NCBI GenBank assembly: GCA_964057225.1
Contig: OZ059894.1
Location: forward strand, 10,726,001 to 10,790,000
Direction of reading: 5' to 3'
From: Auanema rhodensis
Taxonomy: Eukaryota > Animalia > Nematoda
Length of the DNA stretch: 64,000 bases
The notes under the pieces are model-generated. The model ran no database searches, had not been told where the DNA came from, and saw nothing but the letters and a program-made list of their open reading frames with translations. A program made the position numbers and the translations under genes. Shown piece by piece: positions 39,930 through 53,000 of this stretch (positions within the stretch are counted from its first letter, which is position 1; each line of letters starts with the position of its first letter).

Positions 39930-40757
39930 AAAATGCACGAGAATGCAAGAAAATATGATAATGTACAGAGAAAAGAGTGAAAGTGCACATGGACAATTGG
40001 TCACGAGAGAGAAAAGAGACAATAGAATACAAGAGAATATTGTATTGTACAGAGAAGTAAGAAAGAGCAGAAGGATCTTGAAGCCAATTGCAAATAAAAT
40101 AAAAATTCAAAGGAGAGCAAGAGGATATCGTATTGTAAAGGGGGAGAGAATGCAAGGAAGTGCACTCGGTGTAATTAGACGCAAGAGAAAAAACGAAGAG
40201 ATAACAGAGCGCAAGAGAAAAAACAAAAAAAAGAACAACAAAATACAAGAGAATAACGTATTGTTGAGCGCAAGAGTACATCTTATTGTATAGCGCAGCA
40301 GAGTGCAGAAAGCAAGAGGATATCATATTATATAGAATGCAAGAAAGTGCAGTAGGGTAATTAGACGCAAGAGAAAAAACAAAAAAACGCAAGAAAATGC
40401 AAGAGAATATCGTATTGTTGAGCGCAAGAGAGCGTAAGAAAATAAAGAGACTATCGTATTGTTGAGCGCAAGAGAGCGTAAGAAAATGCAAGAGAATATC
40501 GTATTGTTGAGCGCATGAGAGCGTAAGAAAATACAAGAGACTATCGTATTGTTGAACGCAAGAGAGCGTAAGAAAATACAAGAGACTATCGTATTGTTGA
40601 GCGCAAGAGAGCGTAAGAAAATACAGAGAATATCGTATTGTTGAGCGCAAGAGTACATCATATTGTATAGCGCAGCAGAGTGCAAGAGAATATAATTAAA
40701 CGCAAGAGAAAAAAAAGAGCGCAGAAAAATACAAGAATATCGTAAGGTATAGCGCAA
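39930..40757. repeat. Degenerate A-rich repeat with a core of six 44-45-bp tandem copies, related to the large satellite
   Basis: cgtattgttg recurs at 40411, 40455, 40500, 40545, 40590 and 40634. Unit GAGAATATCGTATTGTTGAGCGCAAGAGAGCGTAAGAAAATACAA shares GCGCAAGAGA and GAGAATA..TGTATAGCG with the satellite. Confidence 0.9.
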
Positions 40758-40803
40758 CAGTTAGTTAACTTCCAATGTAATCCTTACACGAATATCTATT
40801 ATA

Positions 40804-42076
40804 TTAGGTCCCGAACTAAGTCTTGCACCCCCCCTAGTGTGCTATGAAAAATCGAAAAAAAGTATGAAAGTTGCAAAAAATTTATTAAATACTGTATTGC
40901 CCTTTATTGGCAATAACCTTCTCCCACTTTTCTTTCAGCTTTCGAATTCCGTTTCTGAAAAATAGTTTACTTTTAGATGCAAAAAAGTTTTTAACAAAAT
41001 TTTCAACTTCCTCTAAGGTTTTGAAGTTTTCACCAGTTTTGAGCTTTCGCACAACAGTGTGGGCAAAACTTAAGCCTGTTTGGGTTGGAGTAGAGAATCC
41101 ACTTCTCGTCTCCAGCTAACAAACTTTAAAAAAACCCTTTTTTGGCTCATTTTCAGAAAATCTTGAGCCAAACTTATTCTTGATCTAAGATTACTCTCAG
41201 TCAGAACATGCTACATTTTATAGATTTTACCTATTTTTTTCAAACTTTTTGAAATGGCAACATCGCTGACTTTCAGAATGTTTCCTATTTGGAGCTGAGT
41301 TGCTCCAGGATTCTCATCCAAAACATTCTGAAGGTCTGCGTTGCTGAATTTCTTACGAGCGCCCGACCTTGGACAATCTTTTAAATCAGTTTCGCCCGTT
41401 CTAAAACGCGAATACCATCTTTTGCAAGTGCTGTAGTTTTGAGATGAATCTCCATAAACAGCTCTCATTTTTTTAAAAAACCCTTTTTTGGCTCATTTTC
41501 AGAAAATCTTGAGCCAAACTTATTCTTGATCTAAGATTACTCTCAGTCAGAACATGCTACATTTTATAGATTTTACCTATTTTTTTCAAACTTTTTGAAA
41601 TGGCAACATCGCTGACTTTCAGAATGTTTCCTATTTGGAGCTGAGTTGCTCCAGGATTCTCATCCAAAACATTCTGAAGGTCTGCGTTGCTGAATTTCTT
41701 ACGAGCGCCCGACCTTGGACAATCTTTTAAATCAGTTTCGCCCGTTCTAAAACGCGAATACCATCTTTTGCAAGTGCTGTAGTTTTGAGATGAATCTCCA
41801 TAAACAGCTCTCATTTTTTTAAAGGCTGCTTTCGCAGATATTCCTTCATTAAAATGATAAAAAAACTATGGCGCGCATGAGTAGAATACATAACGAAAAA
41901 CAGCAAAAAAAAAGATGGAAAATAAAAATCAATTTTTCAAACAAAAAAATGTTTTTTGAAAGTTTTTTTTTGATAATATTGTTTTAAAATATTCAAATTT
42001 CCTTAATTTTAAAAAATTTTTCGAAAAAATTCGAAAAACTAGGGGGGGGGGGCGCAAGACTTAGTTCGGGACCTTA
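40804..42076 (-). mobile_element. Non-autonomous mariner element A (1273 bp): internally deleted, with an internal tandem duplication
   Basis: TIRs ttaggtcccgaactaagtcttgc (40804) and gcaagacttagttcgggacctta (ends 42076), TA on both sides. Transposase remnants: HTH (CKRWYSRFRTGETDLKDCPRSG), GDEKWILYSNP and C-terminal FFRNGIRKLKEKWEKVIANKGQY. HDNA/YSPDL regions are missing and there is a 1-nt frameshift near the start. Confidence 0.92.
41125..41823. repeat. 346-bp near-perfect tandem duplication inside mariner A, covering the HTH region
   Basis: Identical 85-aa ORFs at 41211-41468 and 41557-41814 (offset 346); junctions fall on TTTAAA microhomology. Confidence 0.95.
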
Positions 42077-42078
42077 TA

Positions 42079-43486
42079 TTAGGTGTTCCAACTGAAAACC
42101 GGCCCCCCCGCTTGTAGCACCAAAAACGTGAAAAAACATCAAAATGCAAAAGTTTTTATTTACTAAAATAATTTCCTTGGTTTTCTATGACTTTCTTCCA
42201 TCTCTCTTCCAAATTTCTAATTCCTTTTCTGAAAAAATTTTTAGGTTTAGAATCGAAAAAGTTTTTAATAAAAATGTCAACTTCCTCTAAAGTTTTGAAA
42301 CTTTCCCCTCTCAAGCTATGCTCCATTGACCTGAACAGATGATAATCTGTTGGCGCAAGGTCTGGAGAATAGGGGGGATGTTTCAAAACTTCTCAATCCA
42401 GCTCCTGAAGCGTTTGTTGTGCCTTCGCACAACAGTGAGGGCGCGCGTTGTCGTGTAACAACGTCACGCGCCTGCTTCTGAGCTCCTCTCGGGCTTCAAT
42501 GGCAACATTGAGCCGTCTGAGTTGCTCAGAATAGAACTCTCCATCTATGGTTCTACCGTAAGGTAAAAGCTCATAGTGGAGAACTCCGTTTTCATTCCAG
42601 AAAACGGACAAAAGAGCTTTTTTTGCCGTTTGTGGGTTCGCCTTTGGAGTCATAGGAACTTCCTCTCCTGGGCTAACCCAAAACTTTGGCCGGGTTGGAT
42701 TAGAGTAGAGAATCCACTTCTCATCTCCAGTCACTAACCCTTTAAAAAAACCCCTTCTTCGGCTCAAATTCAGAAGATTTTGAGCTGAATCAACTCTTGT
42801 TCTGAGATTGCTCTCAGACAGAAGATGCGGGGAAAATGGAGAAAATTTATGAATTTTCCCCATTTTTTTAAGCCGATGTGAAACAGCAACTCTGCTGACT
42901 TTCAGTTTTTTCCCGATCTGGAGTTGGGTTGCTCCAGGATTCTGATCGAGAGCATTCTGAAGGTCAGAATCACTGAACTTCTGAACGGCACCGGGTCGCA
43001 GACGATTTGCAAGATCGATCTCGCCGGATTTAAAGCGGGCAAACCACTTTTTACATGTGCTGTAGACTGGAGAAGAATCTCCATATACAACTCTCATTTT
43101 TTGGTAGGCTTCATGAGCAGAAACACCACTTTCAAAATGAGAAAGAAGGACGTGGCGCATATGCGTTACATCCATAACGAAAAACGAGAAAATATAAGAC
43201 GCAAAAAAAAAAAAATTTTTTAAAGCAAAAAAAATTTAAATTTTTTAACTTTTTTAGGTTTTATTATATTTAAATATATTCAAATTTTGTAATTCATTTT
43301 AAAAAAATTTTAAATTTTGTAAAATTAGCATAATTTTTTCAAATTCTAACCGGTGGCCGCGTTTCAACTTACACACCTAATATATTCAAATTTAATTATT
43401 GTTTTTGAAATTTGAAAATATTTCGAAAAATTAGCATAATTTTTCGAAAATATTAGGGGGGGGCGGTTTTCAGTTGGAAGACCTAA
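42079..43486 (-). mobile_element. Mariner element B (DD34D), full length, with an extra internal TIR ending at 43380
   Basis: TIRs ttaggtgttccaactgaaaaccgg (42079) and cggttttcagttggaagacctaa (ends 43486); TA at 42077-78 and 43487-88. An additional end ggccgcgtttcaacttacacacctaa+TA lies at 43355-43382. Confidence 0.93.
42156..43175 (-). pseudogene. Mariner transposase (339 codons) with a single in-frame TGA
   Basis: ORFs 42393-43175 and 42156-42386 are in the same frame: ..LQELD*EVLKHPPYSPDLAPTDYHLF, with TGA where W (TGG) is expected. TGDEKW, LHDNARPH and YSPDLAPTD are present, with 34 residues between the second and third Asp. Confidence 0.93.
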
Positions 43487-44029
43487 TATTCCAAAGTACA
43501 TCATTTTTAACATATGTTACAAAACAACTAAGTCCTACAGGGTGGGGATCGGTTTACTGAAAAGAAATGATAGGTTTTTAATTTTTTATAAATCTTACTT
43601 CATTTATGTACAAAAACTGTCCGCTATGAGGAATAAATATTTTGGAAGAAGTATCAAACTTTTTATTGCTACCTTTCTTGTTGGTTTCCTCCCCTTCTTC
43701 CTCATCTCGAAGGAACTACCCAAGTAAGAATAATTCCTTGCGACTCAAGATAACAACAGTACTATAACAACATCAAAGGTAACAGGATTTACAGGTACTA
43801 TAACAAGGCGTATCTTCAACTTAGTGGATTGGAGAAGATTTTAAGCTTTCAAAGCGTTAGTAGATACGTGATCATCGTTTTCGAAAATTTTATTTCAGAA
43901 AAGTTTCCCTCCTGAGATGGCTTCGAGGAATTATATATAGCTCATCTACCATTTTAACTTGATTGACATTGAATGATCAAAAGCTAATTGTCAATTGCCT
44001 AAAAAACCTAAATACAATTAAATGAATAT

Positions 44030-47000
44030 CAAGGAAGTGAAGAACGATGTAAACGCACGAGAATACTATTATGTATAGCAAGATAAAACACAAAAAAACA
44101 GGAACATGCGCGAAAAGAAACAAAACTGTAAAAGAACGCTAGATCATACTGAATTGTACAAGAACAACGAGCAGGAAGTGCAGAAGGATGGATATGTTTT
44201 ATAAAATTGAGCATTAGCACGTATACGCACGAGAATATTATGTATAGCGCAAGAGAATACAGAATAACAGCAGAGCGCAAGAGAATACAAGAGCATAATG
44301 TATCGTACACGAACAGAACGCAGAAAATGCTGAAGGAAGAAAACGCAGAGAATACTGTTATATATAGCGCAAGAGAGCGGAATAGAAAACACAAAAAAAC
44401 AGGAACATACACGATAAGAAACAAAACTGTAAAAGAACGCTAGATCATACTGAATTGTACAAGAACAGAGAGCAGGAAGTGAAGAAGGATGGATATGTTA
44501 TATAAAATTGAGCATTAGCACGTAAACGCACGAGAATATTATGTATAGCGCAATAGAATACAGAATAACAGGAGAGCGCAACAGAATACACGAGCATATT
44601 GTATCGTACACGAACAGAACGCAGAAAATGCTGAAGGATGAAAACGCAGAGAATACTGTTATGTATAGCGCAACGAGCGCAATAGAAAACACAAAAAAAC
44701 AGGAACATACACGATAAGAAAGAAAACTATAAAAAAAACGCTAGATCATATTGTATCGTGCAGGAACAGAGAGCAGAAAGTGAAGAAGGATGGATATGTT
44801 ATATGAAATTGAGCATTAGCACGTAAACGCACGAGAATATTATGTATAGCGCAATAGAATACAGAATAACAGGAGAGCGCAACAGAATACAAGAGCATAT
44901 TGTATCGTACAGGAACAGAGCGCAGAAAATGCTGAAGGATGAAAACGCAGAGAATACTGTTATGTATAGCGCAAGAGAACGGAATAGAAAACACTAAAAA
45001 AACAGGAACATGTCCGAGAAGAAACAAAACTGTAAAAGAACGCTAGATCATATTGTATCGTGCAGGAACAGAGAGCAGAAAGTGAAGAAGGATGGATATG
45101 TTTTATAAAATAGAGCATTAGCACGTAAACGCACGAGAATATTATGTATAGCGCAATAGAATACAGAATAACAGGAGAGCGCAACAGAATACAAGAGCAT
45201 ATTGTATCGTACAGGAACAGAGCGCAGAAAATGCTGAAGGATGAAAACGCAGAGAATACTGTTATGTATAGCGCAAGAGAGCGCAAGAGAGCGTAACAGA
45301 AAACACAAAAAAACAGGAACATGCCCGAGAAGAAAGAAAACTATAAAAAAACGCTAGATCATATTGTATCGTGCAGGAACAGAGAGCAGAAAATGAAAAA
45401 GGATGGATATGTTTTATAAAATTGAGCATTAGCTTGTAAACGCACGAGAATATTATCTATAGCGCAAGAGAGCGCAAGAGAGCGTAACAGAAAACACAAA
45501 AAAACAGGAACATGCCCGAGAAGAAAGAAAACTATAAAAAAACGCTAGATCATATTGTATCGTGCAGGAACAGTGAGCAGAAAATGAAAAAGGATGGATA
45601 TGTTTTATAAAATTGAGCATTAGCTTGTAAACGCACGAGAATATTATCTATAGCGCAAGAGAGCGTAACAGAAAACACAAAAAAACAGGAACATGCCCGA
45701 GAAGAAACAAAACTGTAAAAAAACGCTAGATCATACTGAATCGTATAGGAACAGAGAGCAGAAAGTGAAGAAGGATGGATATGTTTTATAAAATTGAGCA
45801 TTAGCACGTAAACGCACGAGAATATTATGTATAGCGCAAGAGAGAGCAGTAGAAAACACAAAACAACAGGAACATACACGATAAGAAAGAAAACTGTAAA
45901 AGAACGCTAGATCATACTGAATTGTATAGGAACAGAGAGCAGAAAGTGAAGAAGGATAGATATGTTTTATAAAATTGAGCATTAGCACGTAAACGCACGA
46001 GAATATTATCTATAGCGCAAGAGAGCGCAAGAGAGCGTAACAGAAAACACAAAAAAACAGGAACATACCCGAGAAGAAAGAAAACTATAAAAAAACGCTA
46101 GATCATATTGTATCGTGCAGGAACAGTGAGCAGAAAATGAAAAAGGATGGATATGTTTTATAAAATTGAGCATTAGCTTGTAAACGCACGAGAATATTAT
46201 CTATAGCGCAAGAGAGCAGTAGAAAACACAAAACAACAAGAACATGCCCGAGAAGAAACAAAACTGTAAAAGAACGCTAGATCATACTGAATTGTATAGG
46301 AACAGAGAGCAGAAAGTGAAGAAGGATAGATATGTTTTATAAAATTGAGCATTAGCACGTAAACGCACGAGAATATTATGTATAGCGCAAGAGAGAGCAG
46401 TAGAAAACACAAAACAACAGGAACATACACGATAAGAAAGAAAACTGTAAAAGAACGCTAGATCATACTGAATTGTACAGGAACAGAGAGCAGAAAGTGA
46501 AGAAGGATGGTTATGTTATATAAAATTGAGCATTAGCACGTAAACGCACGAGAATATTATCTATAGCGCAAAAGAACTCAAAATATCAGGAACGCGGAAG
46601 AGAACACAAAATAACAGGAGAGTGCAATAGAATACAAGAGCATATTGTATCGTACAGGAACAGAGCGCAGAAAATGCTGAAGGATGAAAACGCAGAGAAT
46701 ACTGTTATGTATAGCGCAAGAGAGCGCAAGAGAGCGTAACAGAAAACACAAAAAAACAGGAACATGCCCGAGAAGAAACAAAACTGTAAAAGAACGCTAG
46801 ATCATACTGAATTGTACAGGAACAGAGTGCAGAAAGTGAAGAAGGATAGATATGTTTTATAAAATTGAGCATTAGCACGTAAACGCACGAGAATATTATG
46901 CATAGCGCAAGAGAACTCAAAATATCAGGAAAGCGGAAGAGAATACAAGAGCATATTGTATCGTACACGAACAGAGCGCAGAAAATGCTGAAGGAAGAAA

Positions 47001-50000
47001 ACGAAGAGAATACTGTTATATATAGCGCAAGAGAGCGGAATAGAAAACACAAAAAAACAGGAACATACACGATAAGAAAGAAAACTATAAAAAAACGCTA
47101 GATCATATTGTATCGTGCAGGAACAGTGAGCAGAAAATGAAAAAGGATGAATATGTTTTATAAAATTGAGCATTAGCTTGTAAACGCACGAGAATATTAT
47201 CTATAGCGCAAGAGAGCGTAACAGAAAACACAAAAAAACAGGAACATGCCCGAGAAGAAACAAAACTGTAAAAGAACGCTAGATCATACTGAATTGTACA
47301 AGAACAGAGAGCAGGAAGTGAAGAAGGATGGTTATGTTATATAAAATTGAGCATTAGCACGTAAGCGCACGAGAATATTATGTATAGCGCAAGAGAACTC
47401 AAAATATCAGGAAAGCGGAAGAGAATACAAGAGCATATTGTATCGTACACGAACAGAGCGCAGAAAATGCTGAAGGAAGAAAACGAAGAGAATACTGTTA
47501 TATATAGCGCAAGAGAGCGGAATAGAAAACACAAAAAAACAGGAACATACACGATAAGAAAGAAAACTATAAAAAAACGCTAGATCATATTGTATCGTGC
47601 AGGAACAGTGAGCAGAAAATGAAAAAGGATGAATATGTTTTATAAAATTGAGCATTAGCTTGTAAACGCACGAGAATATTATCTATAGCGCAAGAGAGCG
47701 TAACAGAAAACACAAAAAAACAGGAACATGCCCGAGAAGAAACAAAACTGTAAAAGAACGCTAGATCATACTGAATTGTACAAGAACAGAGAGCAGGAAG
47801 TGAAGAAGGATGGTTATGTTATATAAAATTGAGCATTAGCACGTAAGCGCACGAGAATATTATGTATAGCGCAAGAGAACTCAAAATATCAGGAAAGCGG
47901 AAGAGAATACAAGGGCATATTGTATCGTAGACGAACAGAGCGCAGAAAATGCTGAAGGAAGAAAACGCAGAGAATACTGTTATATATAGCGCAAGAGAGC
48001 GGAATAGAAAACACAAAAAAACAGGAACATACACGATAAGAAAGAAAACTATAAAAAAACGCTAGATCATATTGTATCGTGCAGGAACAGTGAGCAGAAA
48101 ATGAAAAAGGATGGATATGTTTTATAAAATTGAGCATTAGCTTGTAAACGCACGAGAATATTATCTATAGCGCAAGAGAGCGCAAGAGAGCAGTAGAAAA
48201 CACAAAACAACAAGAACATGCCCGAGAAGAAACAAAACTGTAAAAGAACGCTAGATCATACTGAATTGTATAGGAACAGAGAGCAGAAAGTGAAGAAGGA
48301 TAGATATGTTTTATAAAATTGAGCATTAGCACGTAAACGCACGAGAATATTATGTATAGCGCAAGAGAGAGCAGTAGAAAACACAACACAACAGGAACAT
48401 ACACGATAAGAAAGAAAACTGTAAAAGAACGCTAGATCATACTGAATTGTACAGGAACAGAGAGCAGAAAGTGAAGAAGGATGGTTATGTTATATAAAAT
48501 TGAGCATTAGCACGTAAACGCACGAGAATATTATCTATAGCGCAAAAGAACTCAAAATATCAGGAACGCGGAAGAGAACACAAAATAACAGGAGAGTGCA
48601 ATAGAATACAAGAGCATATTGTATCGTACAGGAACAGAGCGCAGAAAATGCTGAAGGATGAAAACGCAGAGAATACTGTTATGTATAGCGCAAGAGAGCG
48701 CAAGAGAGCGTAACAGAAAACACAAAAAAACAGGAACATGCCCGAGAAGAAAGAAAACTATAAAAAAACGCTAGATCATATTGTATCGTGCAGGAACAGT
48801 GAGCAGAAAATGAAAAAGGATGGATATGTTTTATAAAATTGAGCATTAGCTTGTAAACGCACGAGAATATTATCTATAGCGCAAGAGAGCGCAAGAGAGC
48901 AGTAGAAAACACAAAACAACAAGAACATGCCCGAGAAGAAACAAAACTGTAAAAGAACGCTAGATCATACTGAATTGTATAGGAACAGAGAGCAGAAAGT
49001 GAAGAAGGATAGATATGTTTTATAAAATTGAGCATTAGCACGTAAACGCACGAGAATATTATGTATAGCGCAAGAGAGAGCAGTAGAAAACACAAAACAA
49101 CAGGAACATACACGATAAGAAAGAAAACTGTAAAAGAACGCTAGATCATACTGAATTGTACAGGAACAGAGAGCAGAAAGTGAAGAAGGATGGTTATGTT
49201 ATATAAAATTGAGCATTAGCACGTAAACGCACGAGAATATTATCTATAGCGCAAAAGAACTCAAAATATCAGGAACGCGGAAGAGAACACAAAATAACAG
49301 GAGAGTGCAATAGAATACAAGAGCATATTGTATCGTACAGGAACAGAGCGCAGAAAATGCTGAAGGATGAAAACGCAGAGAATACTGTTATGTATAGCGC
49401 AAGAGAGCGCAAGAGAGCGTAACAGAAAACGCAAAAAAACAGGAACATGCCCGAGAAGAAACAAAACTGTAAAAGAACGCTAGATCATACTGAATTGTAC
49501 AGGAACAGAGTGCAGAAAGTGAAGAAGGATAGATATGTTTTATAAAATTGAGCATTAGCACGTAAACGCACGAGAATATTATGCATAGCGCAAGAGAACT
49601 CAAAATATCAGGAAAGCGGAAGAGAATACAAGAGCATATTGTATCGTACACGAACAGAGCGCAGAAAATGCTGAAGGAAGAAAACGAAGAGAATACTGTT
49701 ATATATAGCGCAAGAGAGCGGAATAGAAAACACAAAAAAACAGGAACATACACGATAAGAAAGAAAACTATAAAAAAACGCTAGATCATATTGTATCGTG
49801 CAGGAACAGTGAGCAGAAAATGAAAAAGGATGAATATGTTTTATAAAATTGAGCATTAGCTTGTAAACGCACGAGAATATTATCTATAGCGCAAGAGAGC
49901 GTAACAGAAAACACAAAAAAACAGGAACATGCCCGAGAAGAAACAAAACTGTAAAAGAACGCTAGATCATACTGAATTGTACAAGAACAGAGAGCAGGAA

Positions 50001-53000
50001 GTGAAGAAGGATGGTTATGTTATATAAAATTGAGCATTAGCACGTAAGCGCACGAGAATATTATGTATAGCGCAAGAGAACTCAAAATATCAGGAAAGCG
50101 GAAGAGAATACAAGGGCATATTGTATCGTAGACGAACAGAGCGCAGAAAATGCTGAAGGAAGAAAACGCAGAGAATACTGTTATATATAGCGCAAGAGAG
50201 CGGAATAGAAAACACAAAAAAACAGGAACATACACGATAAGAAAGAAAACTATAAAAAAACGCTAGATCATATTGTATCGTGCAGGAACAGTGAGCAGAA
50301 AATGAAAAAGGATGGATATGTTTTATAAAATTGAGCATTAGCTTGTAAACGCACGAGAATATTATCTATAGCGCAAGAGAGCGCAAGAGAGCAGTAGAAA
50401 ACACAAAACAACAAGAACATGCCCGAGAAGAAACAAAACTGTAAAAGAACGCTAGATCATACTGAATTGTATAGGAACAGAGAGCAGAAAGTGAAGAAGG
50501 ATAGATATGTTTTATAAAATTGAGCATTAGCACGTAAACGCACGAGAATATTATGTATAGCGCAAGAGAGAGCAGTAGAAAACACAACACAACAGGAACA
50601 TACACGATAAGAAAGAAAACTGTAAAAGAACGCTAGATCATACTGAATTGTACAGGAACAGAGAGCAGAAAGTGAAGAAGGATGGTTATGTTATATAAAA
50701 TTGAGCATTAGCACGTAAACGCACGAGAATATTATCTATAGCGCAAAAGAACTCAAAATATCAGGAACGCGGAAGAGAACACAAAATAACAGGAGAGTGC
50801 AATAGAATACAAGAGCATATTGTATCGTACAGGAACAGAGCGCAGAAAATGCTGAAGGATGAAAACGCAGAGAATACTGTTATGTATAGCGCAAGAGAGC
50901 GCAAGAGAGCGCAACAGAAAACACAAAAAAACAGGAACATGCCCGAGAAGAAAGAAAACTATAAAAAAACGCTAGATCATATTGTATCGTGCAGGAACAG
51001 TGAGCAGAAAATGAAAAAGGATGGATATGTTTTATAAAATTGAGCATTAGCTTGTAAACGCACGAGAATATTATCTATAGCGCAAGAGAGCGCAAGAGAG
51101 CAGTAGAAAACACAAAACAACAAGAACATGCCCGAGAAGAAACAAAACTGTAAAAGAACGCTAGATCATACTGAATTGTATAGGAACAGAGAGCAGAAAG
51201 TGAAGAAGGATAGATATGTTTTATAAAATTGAGCATTAGCACGTAAACGCACGAGAATATTATGTATAGCGCAAGAGAGAGCAGTAGAAAACACAAAACA
51301 ACAGGAACATACACGATAAGAAAGAAAACTGTAAAAGAACGCTAGATCATACTGAATTGTACAGGAACAGAGAGCAGAAAGTGAAGAAGGATGGTTATGT
51401 TATATAAAATTGAGCATTAGCACGTAAACGCACGAGAATATTATCTATAGCGCAAAAGAACTCAAAATATCAGGAACGCGGAAGAGAACACAAAATAACA
51501 GGAGAGTGCAATAGAATACAAGAGCATATTGTATCGTACAGGAACAGAGCGCAGAAAATGCTGAAGGATGAAAACGCAGAGAATACTGTTATGTATAGCG
51601 CAAGAGAGCGCAAGAGAGCGCAACAGAAAACACAAAAAAACAGGAACATGCCCGAGAAGAAACAAAACTGTAAAAGAACGCTAGATCATACTGAATTGTA
51701 CAGGAACAGAGAGCAGAAAGTGAAGAAGGATGGATATGTTTTATAAAATTGAGCATTAGCACGTAAACGCACGAGAATAATATGTATAGCGCAAGAGAAC
51801 TCAAAATATCAGGAAAGCGGAAGAGAATACAAGAGCATATTGTATCGTACACGAACAGAGCGCAGAAAATGCTGAAGGAAGAAAACGCAGAGAATACTGT
51901 TATATATAGCGCAAGAGAGCGCAAGAGAGCGCAACAGAAAACACAAAAAAACAGGAACATGCCCGAGAAGAAACAAAACTGTAAAAGAACGCTAGATCAT
52001 ACTGAATTGTATAGGAACAGAGAGCAGAAAGTGAAGAAGGATGGATATGTTTTATAAAATTGAGCATTAGCACGTAAACGCACGAGAATATTATGTATAG
52101 CGCAAGAGAGAGCAGTAGAAAACACAAAACAACAGGAACATACACGATAAGAAAGAAAACTATAAAAAAACGCTAGATCATATTGTATCGTGCAGGAACA
52201 GTGAGCAGAAAATGAAAAAGGATGGATATGTTTTATAAAATTGAGCATTAGCACGTAAACGCACGAGAATATTATGTATAGCGCAAGAGAACTCAAAATA
52301 TCAGGAAAGCGGAAGAGAATACAAGAGCATATTGTATCGTACACGAACAGAGCGCAGAAAATGCTGAAGGAAGAAAACGCAGAGAATACTGTTATATATA
52401 GCGCAAGAGAGCGGAATAGAAAACACAAAAAAACAGGAACATACACGATAAGAAAGAAAACTATAAAAAAACGCTAGATCGTATTGTATCGTGCAGGAAC
52501 ACAGAGCAGAAAGTGAAGAAGGATAGATATGTTTTATAAAATTGAGCATTAGCACGTAAACGCACGAGAATATTATGTATAGCGCAAGAGAACTCAAAAT
52601 ATCAGGAAAGCGGAAGAGAATACAAGAGCATATTGTATCGTACACGAACAGAGCGCAGAAAATGCTGAAGGAAGAAAACGCAGAGAATACTGTTATATAT
52701 AGCGCAAGAGAGCGGAATAGAAAACACAAAAAAACAGGAACATGCCCGAGAAGAAACAAAACTGTAAAAGAACGCTAGATCATACTGAATTGTACAGGAA
52801 CAGAGAGCAGAAAGTGAAAAAGGATGGATATGTTTTATAAAATTGAGCATTAGCTTGTAAACGCACGAGAATATTATCTATAGCGCAAGAGAGCGTAACA
52901 GAAAACACAAAAAAACAGGAACATGCCCGAGAAGAAACAAAACTGTAAAAGAACGCTAGATCATACTGAATTGTACAGGAACAGAGAGCAGAAAGTGAAG

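Noticed and set aside
39793-40757. 285-aa and 144-aa ORFs with 15-aa repeats
   Set aside because: By-products of the 45-bp tandem repeat; the longer one also overlaps the ALS2 last exon in antisense.
42393-42395. TGA as recoded Trp or selenocysteine
   Set aside because: TGA is a normal stop in neighbouring genes (striatin, ALS2, Cys-rich peptide). A TGG>TGA mutation or base-call error is simpler.
43536-43544. TA-CAGGGTG, a possible Tc1/maT-type terminus
   Set aside because: No matching inverted end found.
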